Assembly: GCA_965662235.1 (NCBI GenBank)
Contig: CBFIGY010000001.1
Span: forward strand, 320,001-384,000
DNA: 64,000 nucleotides
Direction of reading: 5' to 3'
Origin: an uncultured bacterium
Lineage (GTDB): Bacteria; SAR324; NAC60-12
Position 1 is the first letter of the stretch; every line of letters starts with the position of its first letter. The position numbers and the translations under genes were made by a program. Positions 56,127-64,000 of this stretch are shown here, piece by piece. Under the pieces are notes generated by a model, which did not search any database, had not been told where the DNA came from, and saw only the letters and a list, made by a program, of their open reading frames with translations.

Positions 56127-57776
56127 ATGGAACTGTTCGCATTTTTGGCTGCCGGAGCCTTTGCTTCGGCCGCCTCGTTTCCTCGACTTCGTCAGCGCTT
56201 GGAGCTGTCTCGGGCGAAGCATCCGTCGCTGCGGGGGCACGCCAAGATGTCGCGGCAGCTGGCGAAGTGGATTCCGTATTGGGAGTATGACGAGTCGCAG
56301 TTCTTCAGCAGCGACGACGCGCCTGCTGAAGTGGTTCGCCGCCGCCGAGAGGGCTTCCGGAAGCTGGAGGAACTCTATGCGCAGCGCTTTGTGCAAACGG
56401 CACAGCTGAGCGCCGAAGCGGCTTCGGGCATTTCGGACCTGCAGTTCACCAGCGCCTACCGGGTTCCCTTTCAGTACAGCCGCTACGTCCGGGAACGGCT
56501 CAAGAGCGGCTCGTTTCTGCAGGCGTCGTCCGGAGTGCAGGTCACGGATCTGGACGGGAATGAGTTCTATGACCTCACCGGAGCCTATGGTGTGAACGTC
56601 TTTGGTTACGACTTCTACAAGGCGTGTGTGGACCGGGGCATTGAGCGGACCCGGGAGCTGGGCCCAGTGCTGGGTCCGTACCATCCGTTGGTGGCAGATA
56701 ACGTCCAGCGCCTGCAGGCGATTTCCGGACTGGACGAGGTGTCGTTTCACATGTCGGGCACCGAGGCGGTGATGCAGGCGGTGCGGCTGGCGCGCTACCA
56801 CACGGGGCGGCAGAAGCTGGTCCGTTTCTGTGGGGCCTACCACGGCTGGTGGGACGATGTGCAGCCCGGAGTGGGGAACCCGCATCCGGTCAAGGACACC
56901 TACACGCTCAAGGACATGGACCCGGATACGCTGAAGGTGCTCCGGACCCGCAAGGACATTGCGTGCGTGCTGGTGAATCCGCTGCAGGCGTTGCACCCGA
57001 ACATGAACGCGCCCGGCGACTCGATGCTCGTCAGCAGCGACCGTTGGGCGCACTTTGACAAGTCGGCCTACACGGAGTGGTTGCAGGAACTGCGACAGGT
57101 CTGCACCGAGCAGGGCATTGCGCTCATCCTCGACGAGGTCTTTGTGGGCTTCCGGTTGGCCCACGGAGGTGCTCAGGAATTCTTTGGGGTCTCTGCCGAC
57201 CTGGTGACCTACGGCAAGACGCTCGGAGGCGGTCTGCCGGTGGGGGTCGTGTGTGGAAAGCGACGCTGGATGAAGCGCTTCCGGAACGACCGGCCGGCGG
57301 ACATCTGCTTCGCACGAGGCACCTTCAACTCTCATCCGTATGTGATGGGCGCCATGAACGAGTTCCTCCGGCAGGTGGAAGGTCCGGAGTTTCAGCACGG
57401 GTACCAAGAGGCCGAGGAGCTGTGGAATGCTCGGATCCGGAGGCTGAACGACCGGCTGCGTGCAGAAGGGCTGCCTGTGGACGTGGTGAACCTGATGTCG
57501 ATTGGCACCCTCCGCTACACGCATCCGTCTCGTTACAACTGGATGTTCCAGTACTACCTCCGTGCAGAAGGGTTGGCCTTGAGTTGGGTGGGAACGGGAC
57601 GCCTCATCTTCAGCCACAACTACAGTGAGGCCGAGTTTGACGACGTCAGTGACCGGTTGGTGCAGGCGGCTCGGAAGATGGAGCAGGATGGCTGGTGGTG
57701 GCGTTCCGCGGAGCTGACCAACAAGTCGATCAAGCGAAAGGTGCTCCGGGAACTGATCACAGCCCGCTTCTTCTGA
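56127..57776 (+). CDS. Class III PLP aminotransferase, glutamate-1-semialdehyde aminomutase-like, with long N-terminal extension
   Basis: DLDGNEFYD, SGTEAVM, AYHG, LILDEVFVGFR, TYGKTLGGGLP, GTFNSHP; 549 aa with a short hydrophobic N-terminus. Confidence 0.85.
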   Translation: MELFAFLAAGAFASAASFPRLRQRLELSRAKHPSLRGHAKMSRQLAKWIPYWEYDESQFFSSDDAPAEVVRRRREGFRKLEELYAQRFVQTAQLSAEAASGISDLQFTSAYRVPFQYSRYVRERLKSGSFLQASSGVQVTDLDGNEFYDLTGAYGVNVFGYDFYKACVDRGIERTRELGPVLGPYHPLVADNVQRLQAISGLDEVSFHMSGTEAVMQAVRLARYHTGRQKLVRFCGAYHGWWDDVQPGVGNPHPVKDTYTLKDMDPDTLKVLRTRKDIACVLVNPLQALHPNMNAPGDSMLVSSDRWAHFDKSAYTEWLQELRQVCTEQGIALILDEVFVGFRLAHGGAQEFFGVSADLVTYGKTLGGGLPVGVVCGKRRWMKRFRNDRPADICFARGTFNSHPYVMGAMNEFLRQVEGPEFQHGYQEAEELWNARIRRLNDRLRAEGLPVDVVNLMSIGTLRYTHPSRYNWMFQYYLRAEGLALSWVGTGRLIFSHNYSEAEFDDVSDRLVQAARKMEQDGWWWRSAELTNKSIKRKVLRELITARFF

Positions 57777-57882
57777 AAACGCCCCAAGCTCCCTAAGGTA
57801 ATGAATCTCTGTTGGGGCGGGATTGCGGCTTCGTTAGGATTTTTGAAAGAAGGGCGCAGGGGCCCAAGGGTGGGGGCCGGCG

Positions 57883-58092
57883 TTACGGTTGCCGGACGTA
57901 GATGTCGAGGACCATCACAAAGACAATGGGGTGCTCGACATCGTCGAAGATGATGCGGGTCACCTGGTAACCCACGCTTTCATAGATGAACTGGCTGGCT
58001 TCCGTCAGGTCCTCTTGAGACATCTCAATGAGGGTGCCATCGGGTTCTCCAAGCATTCCGTGAATCCGAACGAGGGTGGTTTCATCACTCAT
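57883..58092 (-). CDS. Small acidic hypothetical protein
   Basis: GGAG RBS before MSDETT; co-directional downstream of ppk2. Confidence 0.55.
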   Translation of the reverse strand: MSDETTLVRIHGMLGEPDGTLIEMSQEDLTEASQFIYESVGYQVTRIIFDDVEHPIVFVMVLDIYVRQP

Positions 58093-58134
58093 CGGCTCTC
58101 CAAGGGTCGGCGTGGGCGTCACAGGGTTCCAGCG

Positions 58135-58965
58135 TTAGAAGACTTCCGGAACATAGATGTGCTCCTCTTTGGGGGGGCGTTCATAGCCGCTGCTTTTGGG
58201 GCGCTTCGGAACCTTGACCTCCTTGGGCAGCTCCTCATCGTGTGGAAGCTTGGTGAGGAGGTGTGAGAGGCAGTTGAGCCGCGCCTTGAGCTTGTCATCG
58301 GCTTCCACGGTGTACCAGGGCGCCCAGGGGGTGTTGGAGAAGCTGAACATCTCATCCTTGGCCTTCGAGTAGTCCTCCCAGCGCTCAATGGAGGCAAGGT
58401 CCATGGGGCTGAGCTTCCAGCGCTTGAGGGGGTTCCGGGCGCGTTCCTGAAAGCGAGCTTCCTGCTCGGCGTCGCTGACCGAGAACCAGTACTTGATGAG
58501 GTGAATGCCGGAGCGGGTCAGCATGGCTTCAAACTCAGGGCAGCTGCGGGCAAAGTCCTGGTACTCCTCTTCAGAGCAAAAGCCCATCACACGCTCCACT
58601 CCCGCCCGGTTGTACCAGCTCCGGTCGAAGATGACGATCTCTCCGGCAGCCGGGAGGTGCTCAACGTACCGCTGAAAGTACCACTGGGACCGCTCGCGGT
58701 CGGAAGGCGAAGGCAGGGCGACGACTCGGCAGCCCCGGGGGTTCAATGGCTCGGTCAGGCGCTTGATGACGCCTCCCTTTCCGGCAGCATCGCGACCTTC
58801 GAAGATGAGCACCACCTTGAGCCCTCGCTTCCGGACCGTGTGCTGCATCTGCACGAGGTCGTGGTAGAGCTTCTTCAGCTCCTTCTCATACTCCTTCTTG
58901 GGCAGCTTCGGACGGTCGGCTTCAGGCGCCGTGACGTCTTCACTGGTCTTCTTCTTCTTTGACAT
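58135..58965 (-). CDS. ppk2: Polyphosphate kinase 2
   Basis: FEGRDAAGKGG, WYFQRY, FDRSWYNRAGVERVMGF, WKLSPMD. Confidence 0.95.
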   Translation of the reverse strand: MSKKKKTSEDVTAPEADRPKLPKKEYEKELKKLYHDLVQMQHTVRKRGLKVVLIFEGRDAAGKGGVIKRLTEPLNPRGCRVVALPSPSDRERSQWYFQRYVEHLPAAGEIVIFDRSWYNRAGVERVMGFCSEEEYQDFARSCPEFEAMLTRSGIHLIKYWFSVSDAEQEARFQERARNPLKRWKLSPMDLASIERWEDYSKAKDEMFSFSNTPWAPWYTVEADDKLKARLNCLSHLLTKLPHDEELPKEVKVPKRPKSSGYERPPKEEHIYVPEVF

Positions 58966-58977
58966 AAATGGGCCTCC

Positions 58978-60702
58978 TTATAGCTGGGGAACAGGCTCCG
59001 ACATACGCGTACCTGCCCGAGCAATGGGCTTGGATAAACGGCGGGTGTGATAGAAAACGCGCCTCAGCCCTTCGGCGAGATCCGACTCAAACCGGAAGGA
59101 CTGCAGCCGCTGGACGCCTTCGTGAGGGTTGTCCAGCACCGCCCGGGCGATGCGACGCTTGCCCTCCCGTTTCAGGCTAAGGACCTGCTTTGCCAAGAGG
59201 GGGTCATGCGTGGCCAGGGCCGTAAGTGACTGACTCAGCGCCTCTAGGGTGAAGCCGTGGGCTTCAATCAACCGAGACTGTGCATCTGCTGAAAGCTGCA
59301 GGCCCTGTTGCAGGCGTTCCAAGCCTAGCATTGAGAAAACGTTTTCGACAAGGTCTCCGATGCTTTCCAGCTCATTGGCGGCATTGGAAAGCTGAATGAC
59401 CTCATCGGTTTGCTTATCGGTGAAGGTCAGCTGACTGAGGGTGGCCAGGTCGGTCATGATGGTGGCGTGCAGCTCATCCACATCCTTATCCTGGGCCTCC
59501 AGGTGCCGGAGGTCTTCTGTGGTGCCGGAGTAGACTGCTGTGAGGGTGCCTCCGTAGATTTCTTCCACCAGTCGTCCGAGCTTGAGGACTTTCAGGCGCA
59601 CCACATCCAGCGCAAGGGAAGGGGTCTTCAGGAGGACCGGATCCAAGGTGGGCTCGCGCTCCTCGCGGGGACGGGGAGGAATGAGCCGGCGGATTACCAG
59701 ACCGACCGGGGTGGTGAAGCCAATGAAGACCACGGCCATGCCGACGTTGAAGAGGGTGTGGGCGTTGGCCAGCTGACGAGGCAGTGCGCTCATGTCTCCG
59801 ATCAACTCCGGAGGCGTCATCTGCTCCACTAGCCAGACCAGTCCGGGGATGGCCGGGACTAGGGCAACGCTCCAGGTCAGATTGAAGAAGGTGTGCGCCG
59901 CGGCAACCTGTCGAGCCTCCGGAGGCTGTCCCAGCGATGCGAGCACCGCGGTCACGCAAGTGCCTACGTTGGCGCCGAGAATGAGAGCAATGCCTCCTTC
60001 CAGCGAAATCAGCCCCTGCGACGCGAGGGCAATGACGATGCCCATCGTTGCCGAGCTGGACTGCACCAGCGCGGTGAAGGCCGCAGCACTGATCAAACCA
60101 AGGAACGGATTCGACATCTGCGCCATCAGGTCCACAAAGGGCTCAAAGCTCCGGAGCGGCTTCATGGCGTCGCTCATCACGCTCATGCCCCAGAAGATCA
60201 GCCCGAGCCCGAGCAGAGCCCGACCCAGCTGCTTCACGTGGTCTTTGTTCCCAATCATGTCCAGCAGCACCCCGATCGCCACCATTACCATAGCCAGCTT
60301 GGTCACCTTGAAGGCGATGATCTGTGCCGTGATGGTGGTGCCGATGTTGGCGCCCAGGATGATGCCCAGCGACTGAGGGAGCGACATGAGTCCGGCGGAC
60401 ACAAAGCTCACCAGCAGCACCGTTGTGATGGAGCTGGACTGCAGCACCGCGGTGATGATGGCACCTGTGCTCAGACCCATCAGGCGGTTGTTGCTCAGCT
60501 TGGCGAGGATGTCCTTCATGCGGTCTCCCGCGATCACCCGGAGGGCCTGGCTGATGGTCTCCATGCCATAAAGGAAGAGGGCCAATCCGCCAATCAGGCC
60601 CATGCCCAGCTGCAGCCACTCCAGCTCCGGAGCGCCTTCTGAAGCGGCCCACAGCAAGGTGGGAAGCACCAGGCTGATGCTGATGAGAAGGGGTCGAGTC
60701 AT
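58978..60702 (-). CDS. Na+/Pi cotransporter (NptA/YjbB family) with C-terminal PhoU-like domain
   Basis: Repeated QSSS and GANIGTT/GANVGT motifs, AHTFFN, ELESIGD; ATGA overlap with cobS. Confidence 0.9.
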   Translation of the reverse strand: MTRPLLISISLVLPTLLWAASEGAPELEWLQLGMGLIGGLALFLYGMETISQALRVIAGDRMKDILAKLSNNRLMGLSTGAIITAVLQSSSITTVLLVSFVSAGLMSLPQSLGIILGANIGTTITAQIIAFKVTKLAMVMVAIGVLLDMIGNKDHVKQLGRALLGLGLIFWGMSVMSDAMKPLRSFEPFVDLMAQMSNPFLGLISAAAFTALVQSSSATMGIVIALASQGLISLEGGIALILGANVGTCVTAVLASLGQPPEARQVAAAHTFFNLTWSVALVPAIPGLVWLVEQMTPPELIGDMSALPRQLANAHTLFNVGMAVVFIGFTTPVGLVIRRLIPPRPREEREPTLDPVLLKTPSLALDVVRLKVLKLGRLVEEIYGGTLTAVYSGTTEDLRHLEAQDKDVDELHATIMTDLATLSQLTFTDKQTDEVIQLSNAANELESIGDLVENVFSMLGLERLQQGLQLSADAQSRLIEAHGFTLEALSQSLTALATHDPLLAKQVLSLKREGKRRIARAVLDNPHEGVQRLQSFRFESDLAEGLRRVFYHTRRLSKPIARAGTRMSEPVPQL

Positions 60703-61457
60703 AAGGCTCCGAGTAGGATCAAGTAGATGCTGGTCTCTGTCAGTTGCTGCACCCCGCCTAGGCAGTCTCCGGTGATGCCACCCAGACGCTGACGCAGGTA
60801 ACGGATGCCTAAACGCTGCAGGGCCCAAGTGCTTCCGAGCACAATGAACCCCCAGAGGCCTGCTCCGCTGAGGAGGGGAAGGGCTCCAGTGAGGAAGGCC
60901 ACCCCAAGTGACGGGAGGCTCAGCGCCATCAAGCCTGACGCCTTTCCCTGTTTGCCGGAACGAAGGTACGGTAAATGAGAGGAGACTTCAATCGCCAAAA
61001 AACGACTCCAGCCGTGAGCCGCCATCCAGATCCAGGGAGCTTGAGCGGCTTCCAGCTCAATCAGGCACGCTGCCTTGAGCAGCATCAGCATTGTGATTCC
61101 CACCACACCGTATGTGCCAAGGCGGGAGTCCTTCATGATGTCGAGGATGCCCTGAGGGGTCCAGCCTCCGCCGAAGCCGTCGCAGGTGTCGGCAAAGCCA
61201 TCTTCGTGCAGAGCGCCGGTCAGGAGGAGGCCTGCGATGAGTCCCAGCAGGATGGCGACAGGCCCCCCAAAGAGTCCGGAGGTGCCCCATGCCACCAGCC
61301 CAGAGGCTCCCCCCACGAGCCATCCCACCAGCGGGAAGTAGCGGGAAACCTCAGTGAGGTCAACAGGGCCATGAAGGGAAAAGGGGGGAGGAAGGCGGGT
61401 GTAGTACCCAAGGGCGCCCCGGAAGCGTCTCTGCTCCTGAAGCCAGTCAGGCATCAT
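60699..61457 (-). CDS. cobS: Adenosylcobinamide-GDP ribazoletransferase (cobalamin synthase)
   Basis: YTRLP, TGALHEDGFADTCDG, MKDSRLG, GGITGDCLG. Confidence 0.93.
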   Translation of the reverse strand: MMPDWLQEQRRFRGALGYYTRLPPPFSLHGPVDLTEVSRYFPLVGWLVGGASGLVAWGTSGLFGGPVAILLGLIAGLLLTGALHEDGFADTCDGFGGGWTPQGILDIMKDSRLGTYGVVGITMLMLLKAACLIELEAAQAPWIWMAAHGWSRFLAIEVSSHLPYLRSGKQGKASGLMALSLPSLGVAFLTGALPLLSGAGLWGFIVLGSTWALQRLGIRYLRQRLGGITGDCLGGVQQLTETSIYLILLGAL

Positions 61458-62490
61458 GACGTGAGCTGACTCCCGCCGACTCGAAAGACGCCATTTCGTT
61501 GAGAAAGAGGGCTGCGGATTGAAGGATCGGGAAGGCCACTGCTGCCCCGGTGCCTTCGCCGAGTCGCATGTTGAGCTGCAGCAAAGGAGTGAGGTTCAGG
61601 AATTCCAGCATCCGTTGGTGCCCCTGTTCGTCAGACTGGTGGCAGCAGATGACGTAGTCCCGCACCTCCGGGTGCATCCGGAAGGCGACTAGGAAGGCGG
61701 CAGTCGCAATGAAGCCGTCCAGCAGAATCAGTTGCTGCTGCTGAGCGGTTTCGAGCATGGCGCCGGTCATCATGGCAATTTCAGCGCCTCCGAAGGTTTG
61801 CAGCACCTTTAGGGGCTCCTGAACGTTGGCGTGGCGCTCCAGGGCTTCGGCAAGGACACGTTGCTTGTGACTCAGGCCAGAGTCGTCCAATCCGGTGCCA
61901 CGGCCCACGCAGTCTTCAAGGGGAAGGTCGGTGAGGCGCTGCATCAAGGCCGCCGCCGCCGAAGTGTTCCCAATTCCCATCTCTCCAAAACCCAAGACGT
62001 TGCTGCCCTGCCGGATTGCCTCCTGTGCCAGTTCCTGCCCATGACGCAGCGCCGTCTGCAGTTCTTCAGACGTGAGAGCCGGTTCCTGAAGAAAGTTCCG
62101 GGTTCCCGCACAGACCTTGCGTCGGACCAGTGCCGGGTGATCCGGCAGCGGAGACTTGACCCCAGCGTCAATGACCTGCAGGTCAATCTGATGCTGGCGG
62201 CAGAAGACGTTGATGGCGGCTCCACCAGCAAGGAAGTTGAGAACCATCTGTGCTGTCACCTCCTGAGGGTAGGGACTGACGCCAGACTCCACAATGCCGT
62301 GGTCTCCAGCAAAGACCAGAAAAGCCGGACGCCGCAGGGTGGGATGGAGGGTGTTTTGAACCAGGCCGATCTTCAGCGCCAGCGCCTCGAGGGTGCCAAG
62401 GGCGCCAACGGGTTTGGTCTTCTGATCAATTCGGTGCTGCAGGGACTCGGTCAGGGGGGAATCCAGAGGAAGGAGGGACCATTCGGGCAT
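61447..62490 (-). CDS. cobT: Nicotinate-nucleotide-dimethylbenzimidazole phosphoribosyltransferase
   Basis: KTKPVGALGTLE, AGDHG, GEMGIGNT, GRGTG, MRLGEGTGA, MASF. Confidence 0.94.
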   Translation of the reverse strand: MPEWSLLPLDSPLTESLQHRIDQKTKPVGALGTLEALALKIGLVQNTLHPTLRRPAFLVFAGDHGIVESGVSPYPQEVTAQMVLNFLAGGAAINVFCRQHQIDLQVIDAGVKSPLPDHPALVRRKVCAGTRNFLQEPALTSEELQTALRHGQELAQEAIRQGSNVLGFGEMGIGNTSAAAALMQRLTDLPLEDCVGRGTGLDDSGLSHKQRVLAEALERHANVQEPLKVLQTFGGAEIAMMTGAMLETAQQQQLILLDGFIATAAFLVAFRMHPEVRDYVICCHQSDEQGHQRMLEFLNLTPLLQLNMRLGEGTGAAVAFPILQSAALFLNEMASFESAGVSSRHDA

Positions 62491-62512
62491 AGTGCATTTT
62501 CCAGAAAGGCGT

Positions 62513-63478
62513 TTATCGGCGGGAAGCCGTGTTCCGGACCGCCTGCCGCTCCAGCAGAAACACCAGCAGAAATCCCACGAGCGCTGCAGCGAGGGCAAAG
62601 GCAAATCCAGCATTCAGGTCAGGGAAGATGTTCTCTTCACGGAGCACGTACTCCTTGCCCCGGATGAGCTGAGTCTCCAGGGTGATCTTCCACGGCCAGA
62701 CCTTGCGCATGGCGCCGATCATGATGCCGGTCAGCAGCGCCATGGTCGTGGAGTGATAATGAGCCAGGGCGTAGCGCAGCAACCGGGAGAAGCCTCCCAG
62801 CCCCACCGCACAGCCTGCCGCAAAGACCAGCAGGATCGCCAGGCTGCCTTCGGCAAAGGGGTTGCGGAGGGCTTCGGTGATGAAGGCGTACTTACCGAGG
62901 ATCAGCAGAATGAAGGACCCGCTGATGCCCGGAAGGATCATTGCGCAGATGGCGATCATGCCGCAGAGGAAGATGAACCACGACTCTTCCGGCGTCCACA
63001 CGGGAATCAGGCCTGTGAGGTTCCAGCCAAACAGGGTCCCAAGGACCAGCCAAAGGCTTCCGGAGCGCCAGTCCTGAATCTCTCGGCTGAGGAAGAGGAT
63101 GGAGGCGGTGATCAGTCCGAAGAAGAGCGACCACGTGGGCACTGGATGCGTGTTGAGCAGGTAGTGCATCAGGCGCGCAGTGCTGACCAGAGCCACGAGC
63201 ACCCCTAGCCCGAGGAACAACAGGAAGCGCAGGTGCATCAGCGCCAGAGACTCCTTCAGGCGTCCCCGGAGCAGCAACCCAATGGCAGGTGCGTTGATGG
63301 AGGTGATGGCCGTCAGCAGCTGCTGGTAGATGCCTGTGATGAAGGCGATGGTGCCTCCGGAGACGCCAGGGATGATGTCGGCGGTGCCCATGCCGGCCCC
63401 TTTCAGGAACAGGAGCCCGGCTTCTTGAGGGGTCTGTGGTCCTGGACTGGCCATCCAGGCAGATTTCCAAGTGGTCAT
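62513..63478 (-). CDS. DUF368 family membrane protein (undecaprenyl-phosphate translocase candidate)
   Basis: MGTADIIPGVSGGT and AMILPGISGS repeats, KVWPW. Confidence 0.88.
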   Translation of the reverse strand: MTTWKSAWMASPGPQTPQEAGLLFLKGAGMGTADIIPGVSGGTIAFITGIYQQLLTAITSINAPAIGLLLRGRLKESLALMHLRFLLFLGLGVLVALVSTARLMHYLLNTHPVPTWSLFFGLITASILFLSREIQDWRSGSLWLVLGTLFGWNLTGLIPVWTPEESWFIFLCGMIAICAMILPGISGSFILLILGKYAFITEALRNPFAEGSLAILLVFAAGCAVGLGGFSRLLRYALAHYHSTTMALLTGIMIGAMRKVWPWKITLETQLIRGKEYVLREENIFPDLNAGFAFALAAALVGFLLVFLLERQAVRNTASRR

Positions 63479-63482
63479 GGTG

Positions 63483-63824
63483 TCAGGCTGAGGTCGTGGC
63501 GGCAAGGCGTTGGGCGCCATCTCCCCCGTGGCAATTCGGGGTCTGATGCACCTGCTGTCCGGAGGCTTCCCACTGCGCCGGTGTCTGGGCCCGGACGGAG
63601 AGGGCGTGGACGCCGCCTGAGAGTTCTTCCTGCAGCACCTGATACACCGCCTGGTGCCGTTCCCGGAGCTTCAGGCCGTCAAATTGGGCTGAGACCACGG
63701 TTACCTTGAAGTGTGACTCTGCTCCCGGAGGAACGTTGTGCTTGTGGCTCTCATTCTCCACCTCCAGCGCTTGTGGCTGAAAGGCGGCGGTCAGCTTGGC
63801 TTCAATGGATTTTTGAATCTTCAT
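63483..63824 (-). CDS. bolA: BolA family protein
   Basis: NESHKH, ESHFKVTVVS, RHQAVY, VHAL, PNCHGG. Confidence 0.9.
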   Translation of the reverse strand: MKIQKSIEAKLTAAFQPQALEVENESHKHNVPPGAESHFKVTVVSAQFDGLKLRERHQAVYQVLQEELSGGVHALSVRAQTPAQWEASGQQVHQTPNCHGGDGAQRLAATTSA

Positions 63825-63832
63825 AGGATTTT

Positions 63833-64000
63833 TCAGATACGGGCTCCGCCACTGATTTCAATGACTTCCCCAGTGAAGTAATCGTTTTTGAGGATGAACA
63901 GGACTCCCTCGGAAATTTCCCGAGGCTCCGCAAAGCGCTTCAGGGGAACCTGCTCCGTGAAGAGAGATTTGACCTCCTCCTTGAGGGAAAGGACCATTTC
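63833..64000 (-). CDS. C-terminal end of an SDR (FabG-like) oxidoreductase; 5' end outside the window
   Basis: Manual translation: EMVLSLKEEVKSLFTEQVPLKRFAEPREISEGVLFILKNDYFTGEVIEISGGARI*. Confidence 0.75.
   Translation of the reverse strand, partial: EMVLSLKEEVKSLFTEQVPLKRFAEPREISEGVLFILKNDYFTGEVIEISGGARI

Noticed and set aside
56103..57617. 504-aa minus-strand ORF
   Set aside because: Antisense shadow of the class III aminotransferase.
56127..57776. Calling the aminotransferase hemL
   Set aside because: About 120 aa longer than HemL, lacks the usual N-terminal PGGVNSPVR segment, and has no tetrapyrrole gene context.
1..64000. CRISPR arrays, tRNA/rRNA, IS elements, prophage or defence genes
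   Set aside because: No repeat-spacer arrays, cloverleafs, transposase, integrase or phage motifs were seen; intergenic gaps are all under about 500 bp.

Overview
Gene-dense, roughly 60% GC bacterial chromosome segment with about 60 CDS. I saw no rRNA, tRNA, CRISPR array, integrase or IS. The gene content suggests an aquatic proteobacterial or deltaproteobacterial heterotroph, but I cannot assign taxonomy from this window alone. From left to right: (1) a catabolic island of unknown substrate (aconitase/LeuC-family large subunit, MmgE/PrpD, SnoaL protein, Liv-type ABC importer, tautomerase-SnoaL fusion); (2) mixed housekeeping genes (MsbA-like exporter, rsmD, folK, SRAP, LDH2-family dehydrogenase, gcdH, ccmH, WcaJ-type phosphoglycosyltransferase, biotin carboxylase-BCCP fusion, OmpA-domain protein, def); (3) an FAD oxidoreductase/DUF1365/CFA-methyltransferase operon of the furan fatty acid type; (4) Pat-type acetyltransferase, kynU and a mixed DeLey-Doudoroff/Leloir galactose operon; (5) a self-contained sigma54 module (Opp-type ABC, C45 Ntn-hydrolase, sensor-less enhancer-binding protein, AtuA-like/DUF4387 pair) with two -24/-12 promoters and matching tandem upstream sites; (6) a phosphate-starvation region (secreted phytase-like/phosphatase, PlcP-like phosphoesterase plus Agt-like GT4, an atypical Psd and a long class III aminotransferase), followed by an SDR-bolA-DUF368-cobT-cobS-Na/Pi-ppk2 run. 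The strongest leads are: a shared Pho-box-like promoter architecture that links a distant membrane-protein operon to the lipid-remodelling genes, suggesting an uncharacterised phosphorus-free lipid pathway; the sigma54 module; and a roughly 10-fold excess of the palindrome TCCGGA in the first 3.2 kb (the only stretch counted; it recurs by eye across the window). Product calls come from motif recognition by eye, not from database searches.
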